A DNA stretch of 64,000 nucleotides from Novakomyces olei (lineage: Eukaryota), in contig JADEYG010000001.1 of the NCBI GenBank assembly GCA_016906335.1, forward strand, positions 806,001 to 870,000, written 5' to 3'. Each line of letters opens with the position of its first letter. The stretch's first letter is position 1. This document shows, piece by piece, positions 13,251-23,776 of the stretch. The translations under genes and the position numbers were made by a program. The notes under the pieces were generated by a model, which saw only the letters and a list, made by a program, of their open reading frames with translations, was not told the DNA's origin and did not search any database.

Positions 13251-15650
13251 CTACAATGATATAATTACATTAAGACTGGGCGCGCGCCCATTCGTCCAAA
13301 ATGGCCCTTGTGGTTCGTGCTCACAAGAATCTTGCTGGCTATTCGCTTCACTCGAATAAATACTAGTTCCCACTACTGCCTGCGCCTGTACAGGTAATAG
13401 CCGCTGCGTATCCACTGCGGGTTTAGGTCCTCGATACTTGCGTGAAAATTCAAGGCATTCGCCCATTGGACACTCGTGCTCAGACGACACGGTTCGTGTC
13501 GCGTTACTCATATTGTCGAGCATTGGCACTTCAGCCCTTGAATTTATCCTATTTGTGCCTCCGACCTGAGCCTCACTGGACCTTCTCGGCCGTCCATACT
13601 GCTCAACTCCGATTGTTGCTGTATCAACATTACGCATTTCTTGTCGCTTCGCCTTTAGCGCAGTAGCTGCTGCCAACATCTCTTTACGCTCCCGTTTCTC
13701 CCGTCGACGTCGGCGTTTCTGTTCGATTCCTATACGTATTGCCTGCGCACTGCGCTTAACAAAAATAGGCTCACTGGCCTCTGGAGGAACTGTATCAAAT
13801 ACTGCTGCAGGACGCAGAATCCGACTCAAGGATTGTGAACGTAAGCGGCCTTTTGGTGGAGGTGATCGCGACCTGCGCAAATCACAATCCAACCTTTCCA
13901 CTTTTTGTGCCTTTTCCGGTTTATGCACCGTTTCCGAAACTCCAGGCACATCCATCCTGGGTCGTGCCGAAGTAACAAATGCTGGAGGTGTTTTTACTAC
14001 ACGCAAGGGTAGGCAATTAGCCTTTCTGGCTGCCGATAATACATTGTCCTTGGCTCCTAATCCATCGTATTCTTCGTCTTCGTCTCCAGACGAAGGAAAA
14101 GTGGGATCGATATCGTTTGGCTTGCCCAGCATAGCCTTTTGTTCCGCACGTCTTGTTTCAATAGCAGAAGCGTAAGCTGAAGAAAGCGGGACGTCTTCAT
14201 CCAAAGTGCCCGGACAAAAATCCGTAGAGTCGGGTAGAAGACTAGTTTTACGACGTGGACGGTTAGCACTAACAGTCCGGAAAAGCTGCTGCATCGGGAC
14301 GTCTTTTCGCCGACCCAAACTAGAAAGCCGTCGTCTGTGCCCTTTTGGCGTGTCCTTTGGCAAAGCGGGAGTATCTTCAATAGTCATTTCTGCAGTCTGT
14401 TCAGCGCTTAGCTGTGCGCCTTTCTGAACTGTAGAATCCACATGTTCCCCTTCTGCATCGCTCTCAATATCTTCTTCATAGCCGCCTTCGTCGGGATAGT
14501 TTTTAGTCTGAAGACGAATCATTTCAGCCAGCTTTTCTTCGTCGTCTTGGTCGTCTTGTTCATCCTGCTCATCTTCGTCAGCTTGATCATCTTCATTATC
14601 CTGATCATCTTCATTATCCTGATCATCTTCATTATCCTGATCATCATCATTATCCTGATCATTTTCATTATCTTGATCATCTTGATCCTCGTTATCTTGA
14701 TCCGGACCTGGACAAAAGTCAGAATCGGCTGTACGCTTCAATGCATCGTAAACAGCATCAGCGCCTTTAGCGCAGACCCCATCTGAATTACGATCAAATG
14801 CCTTGGCATTTTCAAAAATTTTCCGCGTCTGGTCATAATTGTCATCCTCGTCCGCTGCCAAACTGCACTTTGCTATTTCAGTATCTTTATGCAGTACGCT
14901 ATCGAGGACACTTTTGCAAGTCGCCCGTAAAGTTTTGTTGGACGGCTTTGTCTGTGTCGCGTTTGCACCGCGACTAGAGTGCTCAAAGTCATCACTATAC
15001 TCAGAAGACGTCTGCCGCTGAGGTCGAGGCATTGGGCAGGCTGCAAATGTGATTTTTCGACAAAAAGGACGTTTCGAAGCTTCTGTTTGCGGCTGAACTT
15101 CAATGCCGCCAATGTCATCAGTACAAGCCGACGATAAAGATGGTGATGTCGGTGGCTGTGGCCGTAGCATACGGGACAGAAGCGATGTTCTTTGCTCAGT
15201 GTCATTCTTCACACTATTGTCGCAAAGCTGAAAATGCGAATTTTCCGTACTCGTTGATGGGGTATCAGAAACAATGAGTCGTTTACGGAAATGCTGAACG
15301 AAAATCGTATCATTCTCGTCCGAAGTACTCGCTTCATCTGTCGTAGCAGAGAGCAATTGCGGGGGATGACGTTGGCCACAAGATATCGCGGCTTGATCGA
15401 AAAAGAAATGCTCGTTATTATCATACACACCGTTGCCGAAATTCTCTCCGTGCTTTTCGTCCTTGAAAAAACCGTCTGTATTTATATGCTGCTGGCCACC
15501 TCTGCGACCTTGTTCGTACAGTTGGGCTTTGCCTAAGCCATCGTACTGAAACTTTTCTATTTTGCTTTGGGCAAAACAGTCTCCGTGGCCATCACTGCTT
15601 CCATTTCTGCGTACTTGCACCGGTGTATGAAACATTGTGCACCCCGCCAT
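13251..15650 (-). CDS. Conserved, largely disordered fungal protein of unknown function (799 aa)
   Basis: Long ORF with the block LPDSTDFCPGTLDED...AY...RR...PNDIDPTFPSS, which I recall from uncharacterised ascomycete proteins. Also an acidic repeat and a basic KRRRRREKR segment. Confidence 0.8.
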   Translation of the reverse strand: MAGCTMFHTPVQVRRNGSSDGHGDCFAQSKIEKFQYDGLGKAQLYEQGRRGGQQHINTDGFFKDEKHGENFGNGVYDNNEHFFFDQAAISCGQRHPPQLLSATTDEASTSDENDTIFVQHFRKRLIVSDTPSTSTENSHFQLCDNSVKNDTEQRTSLLSRMLRPQPPTSPSLSSACTDDIGGIEVQPQTEASKRPFCRKITFAACPMPRPQRQTSSEYSDDFEHSSRGANATQTKPSNKTLRATCKSVLDSVLHKDTEIAKCSLAADEDDNYDQTRKIFENAKAFDRNSDGVCAKGADAVYDALKRTADSDFCPGPDQDNEDQDDQDNENDQDNDDDQDNEDDQDNEDDQDNEDDQADEDEQDEQDDQDDEEKLAEMIRLQTKNYPDEGGYEEDIESDAEGEHVDSTVQKGAQLSAEQTAEMTIEDTPALPKDTPKGHRRRLSSLGRRKDVPMQQLFRTVSANRPRRKTSLLPDSTDFCPGTLDEDVPLSSAYASAIETRRAEQKAMLGKPNDIDPTFPSSGDEDEEYDGLGAKDNVLSAARKANCLPLRVVKTPPAFVTSARPRMDVPGVSETVHKPEKAQKVERLDCDLRRSRSPPPKGRLRSQSLSRILRPAAVFDTVPPEASEPIFVKRSAQAIRIGIEQKRRRRREKRERKEMLAAATALKAKRQEMRNVDTATIGVEQYGRPRRSSEAQVGGTNRINSRAEVPMLDNMSNATRTVSSEHECPMGECLEFSRKYRGPKPAVDTQRLLPVQAQAVVGTSIYSSEANSQQDSCEHEPQGPFWTNGRAPSLNVIISL
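14530..14702 (-). repeat. Coding 18-bp minisatellite (GATAATGAAGATGATCAG; DNEDDQ repeats)
   Basis: Tandem DQDNED/DQDNEDDQ units read in the 799-aa ORF. Confidence 0.85.
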
Positions 15651-17711
15651 TTTATTACGTAGAGTAATAAAGGCAAATAAGCTTCCACTCTAAATAGAGC
15701 AGTGGCCTCTAATGGAAGGTAATCAGCTTTCTGACCATGAATATATGCATCGCTTCTTGCCAACCTCCAAAATGTCGAGTTTTCTTTAGATGCAACAAAA
15801 AACGTTGAGCAGAATATTGACTTTGTGCGGAAGCCGGAAAGGAAAAAGGTAGAGCACACACAAATGAGTAACGCGTACCTTACACTTAACAAGTGTATGC
15901 ACTAAAAAAAGCCTTAGCGGGCTGGAAAAATGTGCTTTGCTGCAACCAAACAATGTATGCACTAATATCGAGCGGGATTAAAACAGCAAACAGCTGTTAC
16001 AGCGAGACCCGGCAAAGAAACATGCACGCGTCCGACACGAAATAAAACCGGGAGACAAGACTTGAACAAGGCATTTTAATCTTTGAACAGGCTAGTGTTT
16101 TGTCCAGAATGTCCAGTGGTTATGTGTCGCTCAAAAGTTCCGCCTATGCGTTTAAAAAATCGATCAGCTAGTAGCATGTATATAATATCGCCATGTTACT
16201 TGATTGTAGCGCATTTAAATTTTAATTTATTAATGATTGATATAGCAAAGCATGATACTATGAAAATGTTATGGATCGTGAAGAGTATTTCCTGATCTAC
16301 ACATAAACATTGCCTATTCGATCAACTTTACTGCATATAATGTCTCAAACATTATTGTTTAAATCTTTTGCAACTATGAGCCTAACAATAAACGTACGGG
16401 TTCCTTATCAGACTCCGCTCAACAGTCGAAGCAGTCTAGTTCAAAAGAGTATTCTTTAATGGACCAAGATTATTCATGCATTCGCCAATCGCCTGCATTC
16501 GCGTTGTGCATACTAATGTAGATATGTGGCTGCTTTTGCTCTCTAGTATTTTTCACCGTTAATTGAAATTATTTGAAATTTTCGAATGTTTATTAATTTA
16601 TCATGAAAACGATTGGTAAAGCCAATAACATAGTGCTCAAAACACGCAAAGGTCAAGGGCGCACGAATAAGAAAAGTCTCGACTAGTTGAAAATTAGGGT
16701 GCGAAATGGGAATGAAGACTAAGTGTACGGCCGGCCATACTCTGTGTCACCCTACCCCTAGCACTTTTACAGTTCTTCAAGTAATGTTATAAGCAGATCT
16801 TGGAAGATCGCAGAGGCGCCAGGCTTACTTTAATTTTGCAAGCAACACTATCGCCAGGGTTGCCATGGCGACCTTTATGGGTCGCAAAGTTTACATAGTA
16901 AACAATGAAATCATACATGCGGATATTAACACGCGCAATTGATCGAAACATTTGATCGCTTGCACCTGTAAAGAAACTATCAACCGCAACACATTTGGGT
17001 TGCTTCGCCAAAGTGATTTGAATCTTGAACAGGTATAGTGACATAAATTGCGCGCGCGACTGCGAAGGCTAGTGCCGGCTTCTTCTACTGCCCTTGAGGT
17101 TAAGCATGTAATCTCTCACGCTCAAAAGTCAATACTGCACTTTAGACAAAGCCTTTCTGACGTACATTTTACATTCTTGACGTAGGAAAGGAGAAACAAA
17201 GGATAAAGGCGGGTGTCTCTTTGCTAAGTTGCCTAGTCATTGCACAGTCAATACTAATGGCTTTCAATTTGACTAGTCAAAATCTATTACCGCAATTTTT
17301 TTGATATTTTCGAGCACACGTGGACCTTAGCTGCCTGACCTTCAACGTTTTTTGCGCGCCAATATACGAGATTAAATACTAACTGTCGCTTTAGATATTC
17401 TATCTGGTCTAATTGCCGGTTCCACTCTATCCGGAACAAGGCAAACTTTGAAACTTTTCAACCCCGTTACCGATTGTGCGACTTGGCAAGGAGCGCGGGC
17501 GCCCTTAGCTTGACGTCGCACAAGTTTGGACATTTTCAAGTCCTGTATGTGCTTTGCCTTTCAATTCTCTTGCTGTTTTCAGTGTTAAGTTGCTAATATA
17601 ATCTATTTTCAGACTCTAGAAAACTCCTAAGGGCAGGTTCCCGAAAGTCGGCATTTGCCTTTATTTCCGAGTCTACAATATCAACCAATTTAAGTGAAAT
17701 TTACAGAAAAG

Positions 17712-17856
17712 GTACGTAAATGTTTAGCTGTCGGTCTTGTTGGCTTTAAGCTCAATTCGGGAAAATTTAGTCTTTCTTATTTCTGAAAATCTCTTTGCCG
17801 TTGGGCATATCATATAAAAGATGCGATTAGCTATTTCCTCTCTACTAACCACACAG
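17712..17856 (+). promoter_or_regulatory. Putative 5'-UTR intron of the Ace2-like gene
   Basis: AG|GTACGT donor at 17712, a perfect TACTAAC branch point at ~17843 and a CAG acceptor at 17856, about 480 nt upstream of the ATG. Confidence 0.6.
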
Positions 17857-18337
17857 AGTGCATACGACTGCAATTTTGATAAGCTCGATTGACTTGTTCA
17901 GCCAACAACAACGCTGAGCTTGCGAAACGGGATCTGCTAGCTGTCGTACTCGATACGCTATCCGAGCGCAAGAAGCTGCTATTAACTGGTTATCCATCTA
18001 AAAATTCGGTCATAAAAAAGTCTTGTAATTAAGCCCCTGCTGGTTCAGGAGGTCTTAATTTGAAACTTGCTTTTTCTGTTTGAGTATTTTCCGTTTGAAC
18101 TTTTTGTCAAGAGTATTCCGTTCAAACTCTTTGTTTTTCTTTTTCATACGCCTCCTACAGCACTGCTGGCCATTGTTTGTACGGAGTATATCAATAGCTG
18201 TTCAGAGCTTAAGGTGAACACTGTAAGGCGCACTCATTCAGTTGTCAAGGAACAGGTTCTGATTGCAGATCTAGATCAACCAAATAATCTTAAAAAAATA
18301 CAACAAAAGAAATATCGGAATTCAAAAACGGCACATC

Positions 18338-20251
18338 ATGCCGCCTATTCGGACGAGCAAGCACGCTAACAGCGCTCCTTCATCACAATACGCACGGCAA
18401 TCATTATCCTCAAGGCCCCTACAAATAGCAGAGGCAAATCAAGATCTGATGGTCGAAGCGCTAGGGATAAGTATTCATCCGGGAGAAGCGGACAAAATAT
18501 ACCAGTATTATTCGTGTCAGGAACCAGACGGCGAAGGAGACGAGCACAATGATCGGCAGCAAACCACCACCCGTTCATATCAGTACTCACAGCCGCGGGA
18601 GGCAGACGACTTACCATTTATTTCCTGTGCTACTGCTGTTGATTCTGCTCTTGACAGCGAAGAGTATACAAAATATCTAGAGCGTCCACCATCCCGCTGG
18701 GAGTCGGCTGATTTTTCAGAGTACTTTAATGAGGACGTGCAACCCTTCTCCGGACTTGAATCGCCATTGCCAATCTTTGAACAAGCTCAGGACCCAAGAG
18801 ACCGGCAGCAAGGCTTATCGAGCAAAGACGTACACAGTGGTCAAAACGAATCTGCCACAGTTGTCCTAATGTCGCCACAAACACCATTGCAGCACAAGAT
18901 TGCTTCATCAAAGCATACAGGAGACAAAGCAGATCCCGCATTGGCCTCGAGGCAGGGGTTACCCTCGCCTCCAGGCTCAAGCTGTGTACCCCAACACTTT
19001 TTCAACCCGCAGTCACTCTTGTTGTCTGATCCGTGCCTGGACCCTTCTTCGTACCTTAACAACGCAGAGCCAGGGGCGATTGACACGGAGTCCAATTTCC
19101 AATCTTACCGCAACGCCTCCTACTCTGTAGCTGCCCCACATGGTCAGTCCTTTGTCCATGTGGCCCCACAATCTTACGCGTCTGAGCCAGCGAATCTCTA
19201 TGCGCCAGATCAAATCTACGCTACTGCTCCATCCTGTCACTATTCGCCTCCGTACTCCTCTGATGCTGATCTAGGTACAGACTATTCGCAAAGCGGATAC
19301 GAGTCAGTAGGAACACCGCCAGGATCGCACTCATTCCCCGTCAGTAACGAGCCTTTAGTGGCGCTAATGACTCCAAGTGTTAAAGTCGAAACTTTGCCAC
19401 CAAAGCCTCTATACTCTTCGCAATCTAGGGCAAATGTTGGTACACGGCCCACCCAGTTCCTGGTGACGACGCCAACGAACTCACGGTACAGCGCTGCGAA
19501 TCGAGCAGGAGGCACACAGCCCTACAGTACTGGTCGTGGGCCAAGGCACGATGATGGCACTGGGACAGTTGGGGGCTACATGACTACCCGACAGTGCCAC
19601 GTGCCCCCACACGTTATGGCCAGCCTGATCGATGGACCAAACGAGGGAGTGTACAAGTTTACTTGCTTGTACAAAGGCTGTGGTAAAAAGTTTTCTCGTA
19701 AATACAACATCCAGTCGCATATTCAAACCCATTTGTCTGACCGGCCCTTTCGGTGTCCTCATTGTAAAGCAGGGTTTGTTAGACGACACGATTTGCGGAG
19801 ACATTTGCGGATCCATGGCGGAGAGGAAGCAAAGAGCTGGATTTGTGAGTGCGGAAAAGCGTTTGGCCGTTGCGACGCACTAACAAGACATAAACATCGA
19901 GGCATCTGTATTGGAAGCGTAGTTGAAAAAAAGGATGCTGTTCAGCCCCGGAGGCATAGCCAGCAGCAGCAACCCGAAGAGCAGAAGCACAGGCACAGTC
20001 CCTCTACAGACAGTTCCATTGATACTTTAAGGCACCCTTCAATGCCTATTTACCGTGAGTCTGGTGTACCATCGTATGACTTTAGGGAGACTGGAAGGCC
20101 GAGATACGTTGGAGAGTCTGACAGTGACGAAGAGGAATTCGACTCTGAAAGAGGGAGGCATCTCATGGACCGGCGGCCAGAGATGCTGGGCCAACGTATG
20201 CTTGACAAGGAAGTGCTTGCAAGGCACTCCCTGGTTTTAGGTCGTGGTTAG
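18338..20251 (+). CDS. ace2: C2H2 zinc-finger transcription factor, Ace2/Swi5 family
   Basis: FTCLYKGCGKKFSRKYNIQSHIQTHLSDRPFRCPHCKAGFVRRHDLRRHLRIH followed by the CECGKAFGRCDALTRHKHRGIC (C2HC) third finger, which is typical of Ace2/Swi5. The N-terminus is SP/TP-rich. Confidence 0.88.
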   Translation: MPPIRTSKHANSAPSSQYARQSLSSRPLQIAEANQDLMVEALGISIHPGEADKIYQYYSCQEPDGEGDEHNDRQQTTTRSYQYSQPREADDLPFISCATAVDSALDSEEYTKYLERPPSRWESADFSEYFNEDVQPFSGLESPLPIFEQAQDPRDRQQGLSSKDVHSGQNESATVVLMSPQTPLQHKIASSKHTGDKADPALASRQGLPSPPGSSCVPQHFFNPQSLLLSDPCLDPSSYLNNAEPGAIDTESNFQSYRNASYSVAAPHGQSFVHVAPQSYASEPANLYAPDQIYATAPSCHYSPPYSSDADLGTDYSQSGYESVGTPPGSHSFPVSNEPLVALMTPSVKVETLPPKPLYSSQSRANVGTRPTQFLVTTPTNSRYSAANRAGGTQPYSTGRGPRHDDGTGTVGGYMTTRQCHVPPHVMASLIDGPNEGVYKFTCLYKGCGKKFSRKYNIQSHIQTHLSDRPFRCPHCKAGFVRRHDLRRHLRIHGGEEAKSWICECGKAFGRCDALTRHKHRGICIGSVVEKKDAVQPRRHSQQQQPEEQKHRHSPSTDSSIDTLRHPSMPIYRESGVPSYDFRETGRPRYVGESDSDEEEFDSERGRHLMDRRPEMLGQRMLDKEVLARHSLVLGRG

Positions 20252-21176
20252 TGATGACTTTGTGATGACTTTTGCTGCTGTGCAGGAAAAAGGTAGCGGC
20301 TTAGTAGATCGAATTGGCCGTCGGTTTGTGCTTTTCATGTCAATTATTATCATCATCTTTTCTTCTTTCAATACACGCTTTTATTAATTTTCCGATACAC
20401 CTATTTCCAGGAGTCAGGCTCACTGATACGTGTTTGGGAATATGGGATTGTACATGTCAAAGGGATGTCACCTTGTCGATCTGTTTTCCCTAAATAGCAC
20501 TCGTCAGGTATCTTTGTTCCTACACAATTTTCACATTTGTTTTTTTTAATTTTTAATTTTTTTTTTTTCATGACCTATCCGTTTATCCATTTCCTCGTTT
20601 CCCTGCGTTATCGTAGCAATATTTCCCACGAGATTAAATAGGTTGTCCAGAGTATCTCAAAATTGGAGTTCAAGGAGATCAGCAAGTTACGCGTTGGAGC
20701 GTTGCCTGTATTTCCAGACAGCAGTACTATCGCGTCGTATTGTGCAGTTGGCTGCGAGAAATTGTGTGGTACTTCGAGGCAACGTGCACGAGCAATCAAT
20801 GGCCGCAAATGCAAATTAACCGCCCATCGGTGGCTCTTGCAAGGCTTTACTTGTTTTGATCATGGTTCCATAGTTAAAATCCAATATTCTTCTTTATCAG
20901 TAAGTTTTATGTTTTAATTTTAAACCGCCCTTGTGCTTTTCGTTTACATTTTGCCATTGACTCACGAATTTGTCGGCATCTGTTATACATCGTCCGATAA
21001 TTGGCAAATAAATTGATAAAAATCCATTGTAACTATATCTCGTCCCCATACTAAATCAATTTTCCGGTTACTTGGTTAACATTCGAATGAAAGTGTGTAA
21101 TGATGTCATTGAAAAGCTTATGTCTATTGTGGCGTTGGACGCTTGGCAACCAAACACAAAACAAAACGAGTCGGCA

Positions 21177-21506
21177 ATGGATATTCCCTTTCTTTTTTGC
21201 GTGCAATGCGGTAAGTTTACAAAAGATTTAAACGACTCTTGATATCGTGATTTGCTACTGACGATTGCCAGGCCCTGGAGTCAACAACCCGTGCAAATGT
21301 AAAATTGTAGGGCCAACAGTGGGATTTATCGTTATGATTGGCACTGCAGTCATTGCATGGCCCGCCGCTATTCTCACTGGCGGATGCACAAAGCCTGCGA
21401 AAAAGTGCTGGGCGTTTCCGGGTAAGTGCTGCGTAAGTGGTGGTTACGACTAATGCATATTGCAGCCGAATCTAATTGGTCTGTGTCGAATGCAATACCC
21501 ATATGA
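21177..21506 (+). CDS. 74-aa Cys-rich hydrophobic miniprotein, 3 exons (21177-21210, 21272-21421, 21466-21506)
   Basis: Two GTAAGT donors, TACTGAC and GACTAAT branch points and CAG acceptors give MDIPFLFCVQCGPGVNNPCKCKIVGPTVGFIVMIGTAVIAWPAAILTGGCTKPAKKCWAFPAESNWSVSNAIPI* with no frameshift. Confidence 0.85.
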
Positions 21507-22559
21507 ATTTGTCACAGAGGGCAATTGATGTTTAACTTGTGGCTTTTGTGATGATACTGATGGTTTGAATATACATGTTTTTGATAATGCGTCAATTGTG
21601 TTGAGTGGTTTATTGTCTCGAGGAAGGGTAAGTCGAGCAAACGTATTTGCATCCAATATACATTGCAAATTGATCCAAATTGTCGGCGAAATATATTTCC
21701 GGCGTTGACTGGCTGTAATCTATGGGTGTCAAATTACTGGCCAGTCTACAAACATAATCAGCTGCCTTCTCCTGTAGTGTAATTCACATTGGCCCGTGTA
21801 TGTTTTTGTATTAAATACGGTGTGAATGTAACCCGTAAGTTTCATCAGTAGACTGACAGCATATGACTGCGCAGGGGTCTTTTCGTTACTTGTGTATACT
21901 GTCTTTCACAGTTTGCTTTGTACTAACGACGTGAGCGTTTGCCACGAGATTGGAATCATGATCACATAAAACACTTTACCCGGTTGTATAGAGGGCAGCA
22001 TAGGTAAACATAGCAATATTGTCCTTTATGCATTCTTCAGGCGTTCTTAGATTGATCAACTTGATCCTTTGTAGCTACCAACCAATCTGTCTCTGTCTGC
22101 TCTATATGCGACGGCAGTGCTCGTTGTGCTGGAGGCGAGTATTCGCGCAAATGTGGCTGCGTGCGAATACTATATGCAGGTACGTTTGCAGTGAACGGGT
22201 AATGCAACGGCCCATGAGGCAGCAATGACAAATATTCTCCGAACTAAACGGACTTACAACTAACTGACAATAATGATCTACGCCGCATGTTCCTTTGACA
22301 AATACAGTGTCATGTTTGACTACCATCGCACGCAGAATTGGGCAATGCCATATAAGATTTAGCAGAATTGCCGTTGCAATTGAGCCAAAAGTAGAAGATG
22401 GCTGGAATAAAGACGTGTATTTAAGAAACAGATTACTAGTGCAAGAGGCGGCGGCTGCGGGATCTAGGCATCCGTACTCTGTTCTAAAAATAATGCATCC
22501 CCACTCGTAGCGGCTATTTACTCTATCCATCCAGTAGTAATAAATAGACGAAATAGACT

Positions 22560-22673
22560 AAACAGAATAAGAGTATATAGAATGAGAGTAAATAGAATGA
22601 GAGTAAATAGAATGAGAGTAAATAGAATGAGAGTAAACTGCATAAATAGAATGAGAGTAAATTGCATAAATAG
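22560..22673 (+). repeat. 15-bp minisatellite AAATAGAATGAGAGT (~6 copies, the last ones interleaved with AAAYTGCAT)
   Basis: Read directly. Confidence 0.9.
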
Positions 22674-23776
22674 CAACACACCTCCGCATGAAGTCTTACG
22701 CATTTTACAGTTTTTTGCGTACGTCCAAGTAAGGGTTCAATTAAATAAACATCTCTGTAGAGTACTTAGACTAGATATAAGCTGAGATAACAAGGGTATA
22801 AAAAGTCTACTTCATCGAGGCACCCGTACCCATTAGCGGGTACAAGCAGGCCCAAACTGGTAAACGCATTTCTGCTTCTAGTCGTTCCTACATAAAGCCA
22901 CGTATAATCACATTATTCGCCCAAAACATGACATGGCGTAAGAGCACCGAACCCGTGACTTCGTTTTACAATTCCTTGGGCAGAGAGTGACTGCACTGTG
23001 CTGCTATATTGAGCATACAAACGACTTTTAGCTTTTAGAGCAATTGGACTTTTATTCTTGTGCAAAATTCTATTTTTAAAGGAGCAGCGTTTGACTTTGT
23101 AATGCAATTTTTTCCAATCCCAATCCTTAACAAGCGACGCCGTATCGCTCGACCAATGTAAAGCACGCTCGACCTCGTTTGCTCGCACACCTGCACACAC
23201 GTGCTGATCGGCTCCTATACTTAAATAGTAAATCAGGGTTTTCTGCACCACATGCGGCAACGTAACGGTTGAGCGTTGGAAAATAAACAACAATATCATT
23301 TACTATATATCCTAGGAGCCCAACAAATTTCCCTATGCTCCGTGCAAAAGGCCGTGAAGGAGGAGCCGTGGAGAGGGGATCATAGTATCTACCGTCAAGT
23401 CAGCTACACGAGCCAGCACAACAAAAGGTTGTGTGGTAAGAGTCAGCATTTTGCATACATTCGCTTCACCGCGTTTGCATAATTTTGCATACATCGCATT
23501 GTGCATACATCGCTTGCATATAGATCGACTCAGGTTGGAGGCGACTATTTCTATCTGTCTGCTTCAACTCGGGAACGGGCTAAAGTACAGACTCGCAAAC
23601 GCCATCGGCCGGCGCGGTCAAACTTGTTTTACTTTGCATTGAGACAGATTGTGCCATAGCCCAACTGGAACAGGCACCTCGACGGACGGCTCAATTAGCA
23701 GTAAAACTGTTGCAACTGCAGACTTAGACTGCTGTAGTCTTGTATTGTCTCAGTATAAAGCGTTGCACAGTGCACA

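Noticed and set aside
21707-21746. Hairpin GACTGGC...GCCAGTC containing GCTGTAAT (SRP-RNA-like start)
   Set aside because: No downstream SRP helices are recognisable, and it is too short for an H/ACA RNA.
22518-22785. MRVNR-repeat and FTLIL-repeat ORFs; CRISPR-like appearance
   Set aside because: These are translations of a 15-bp tandem minisatellite with no unique spacers, in a eukaryotic genome.
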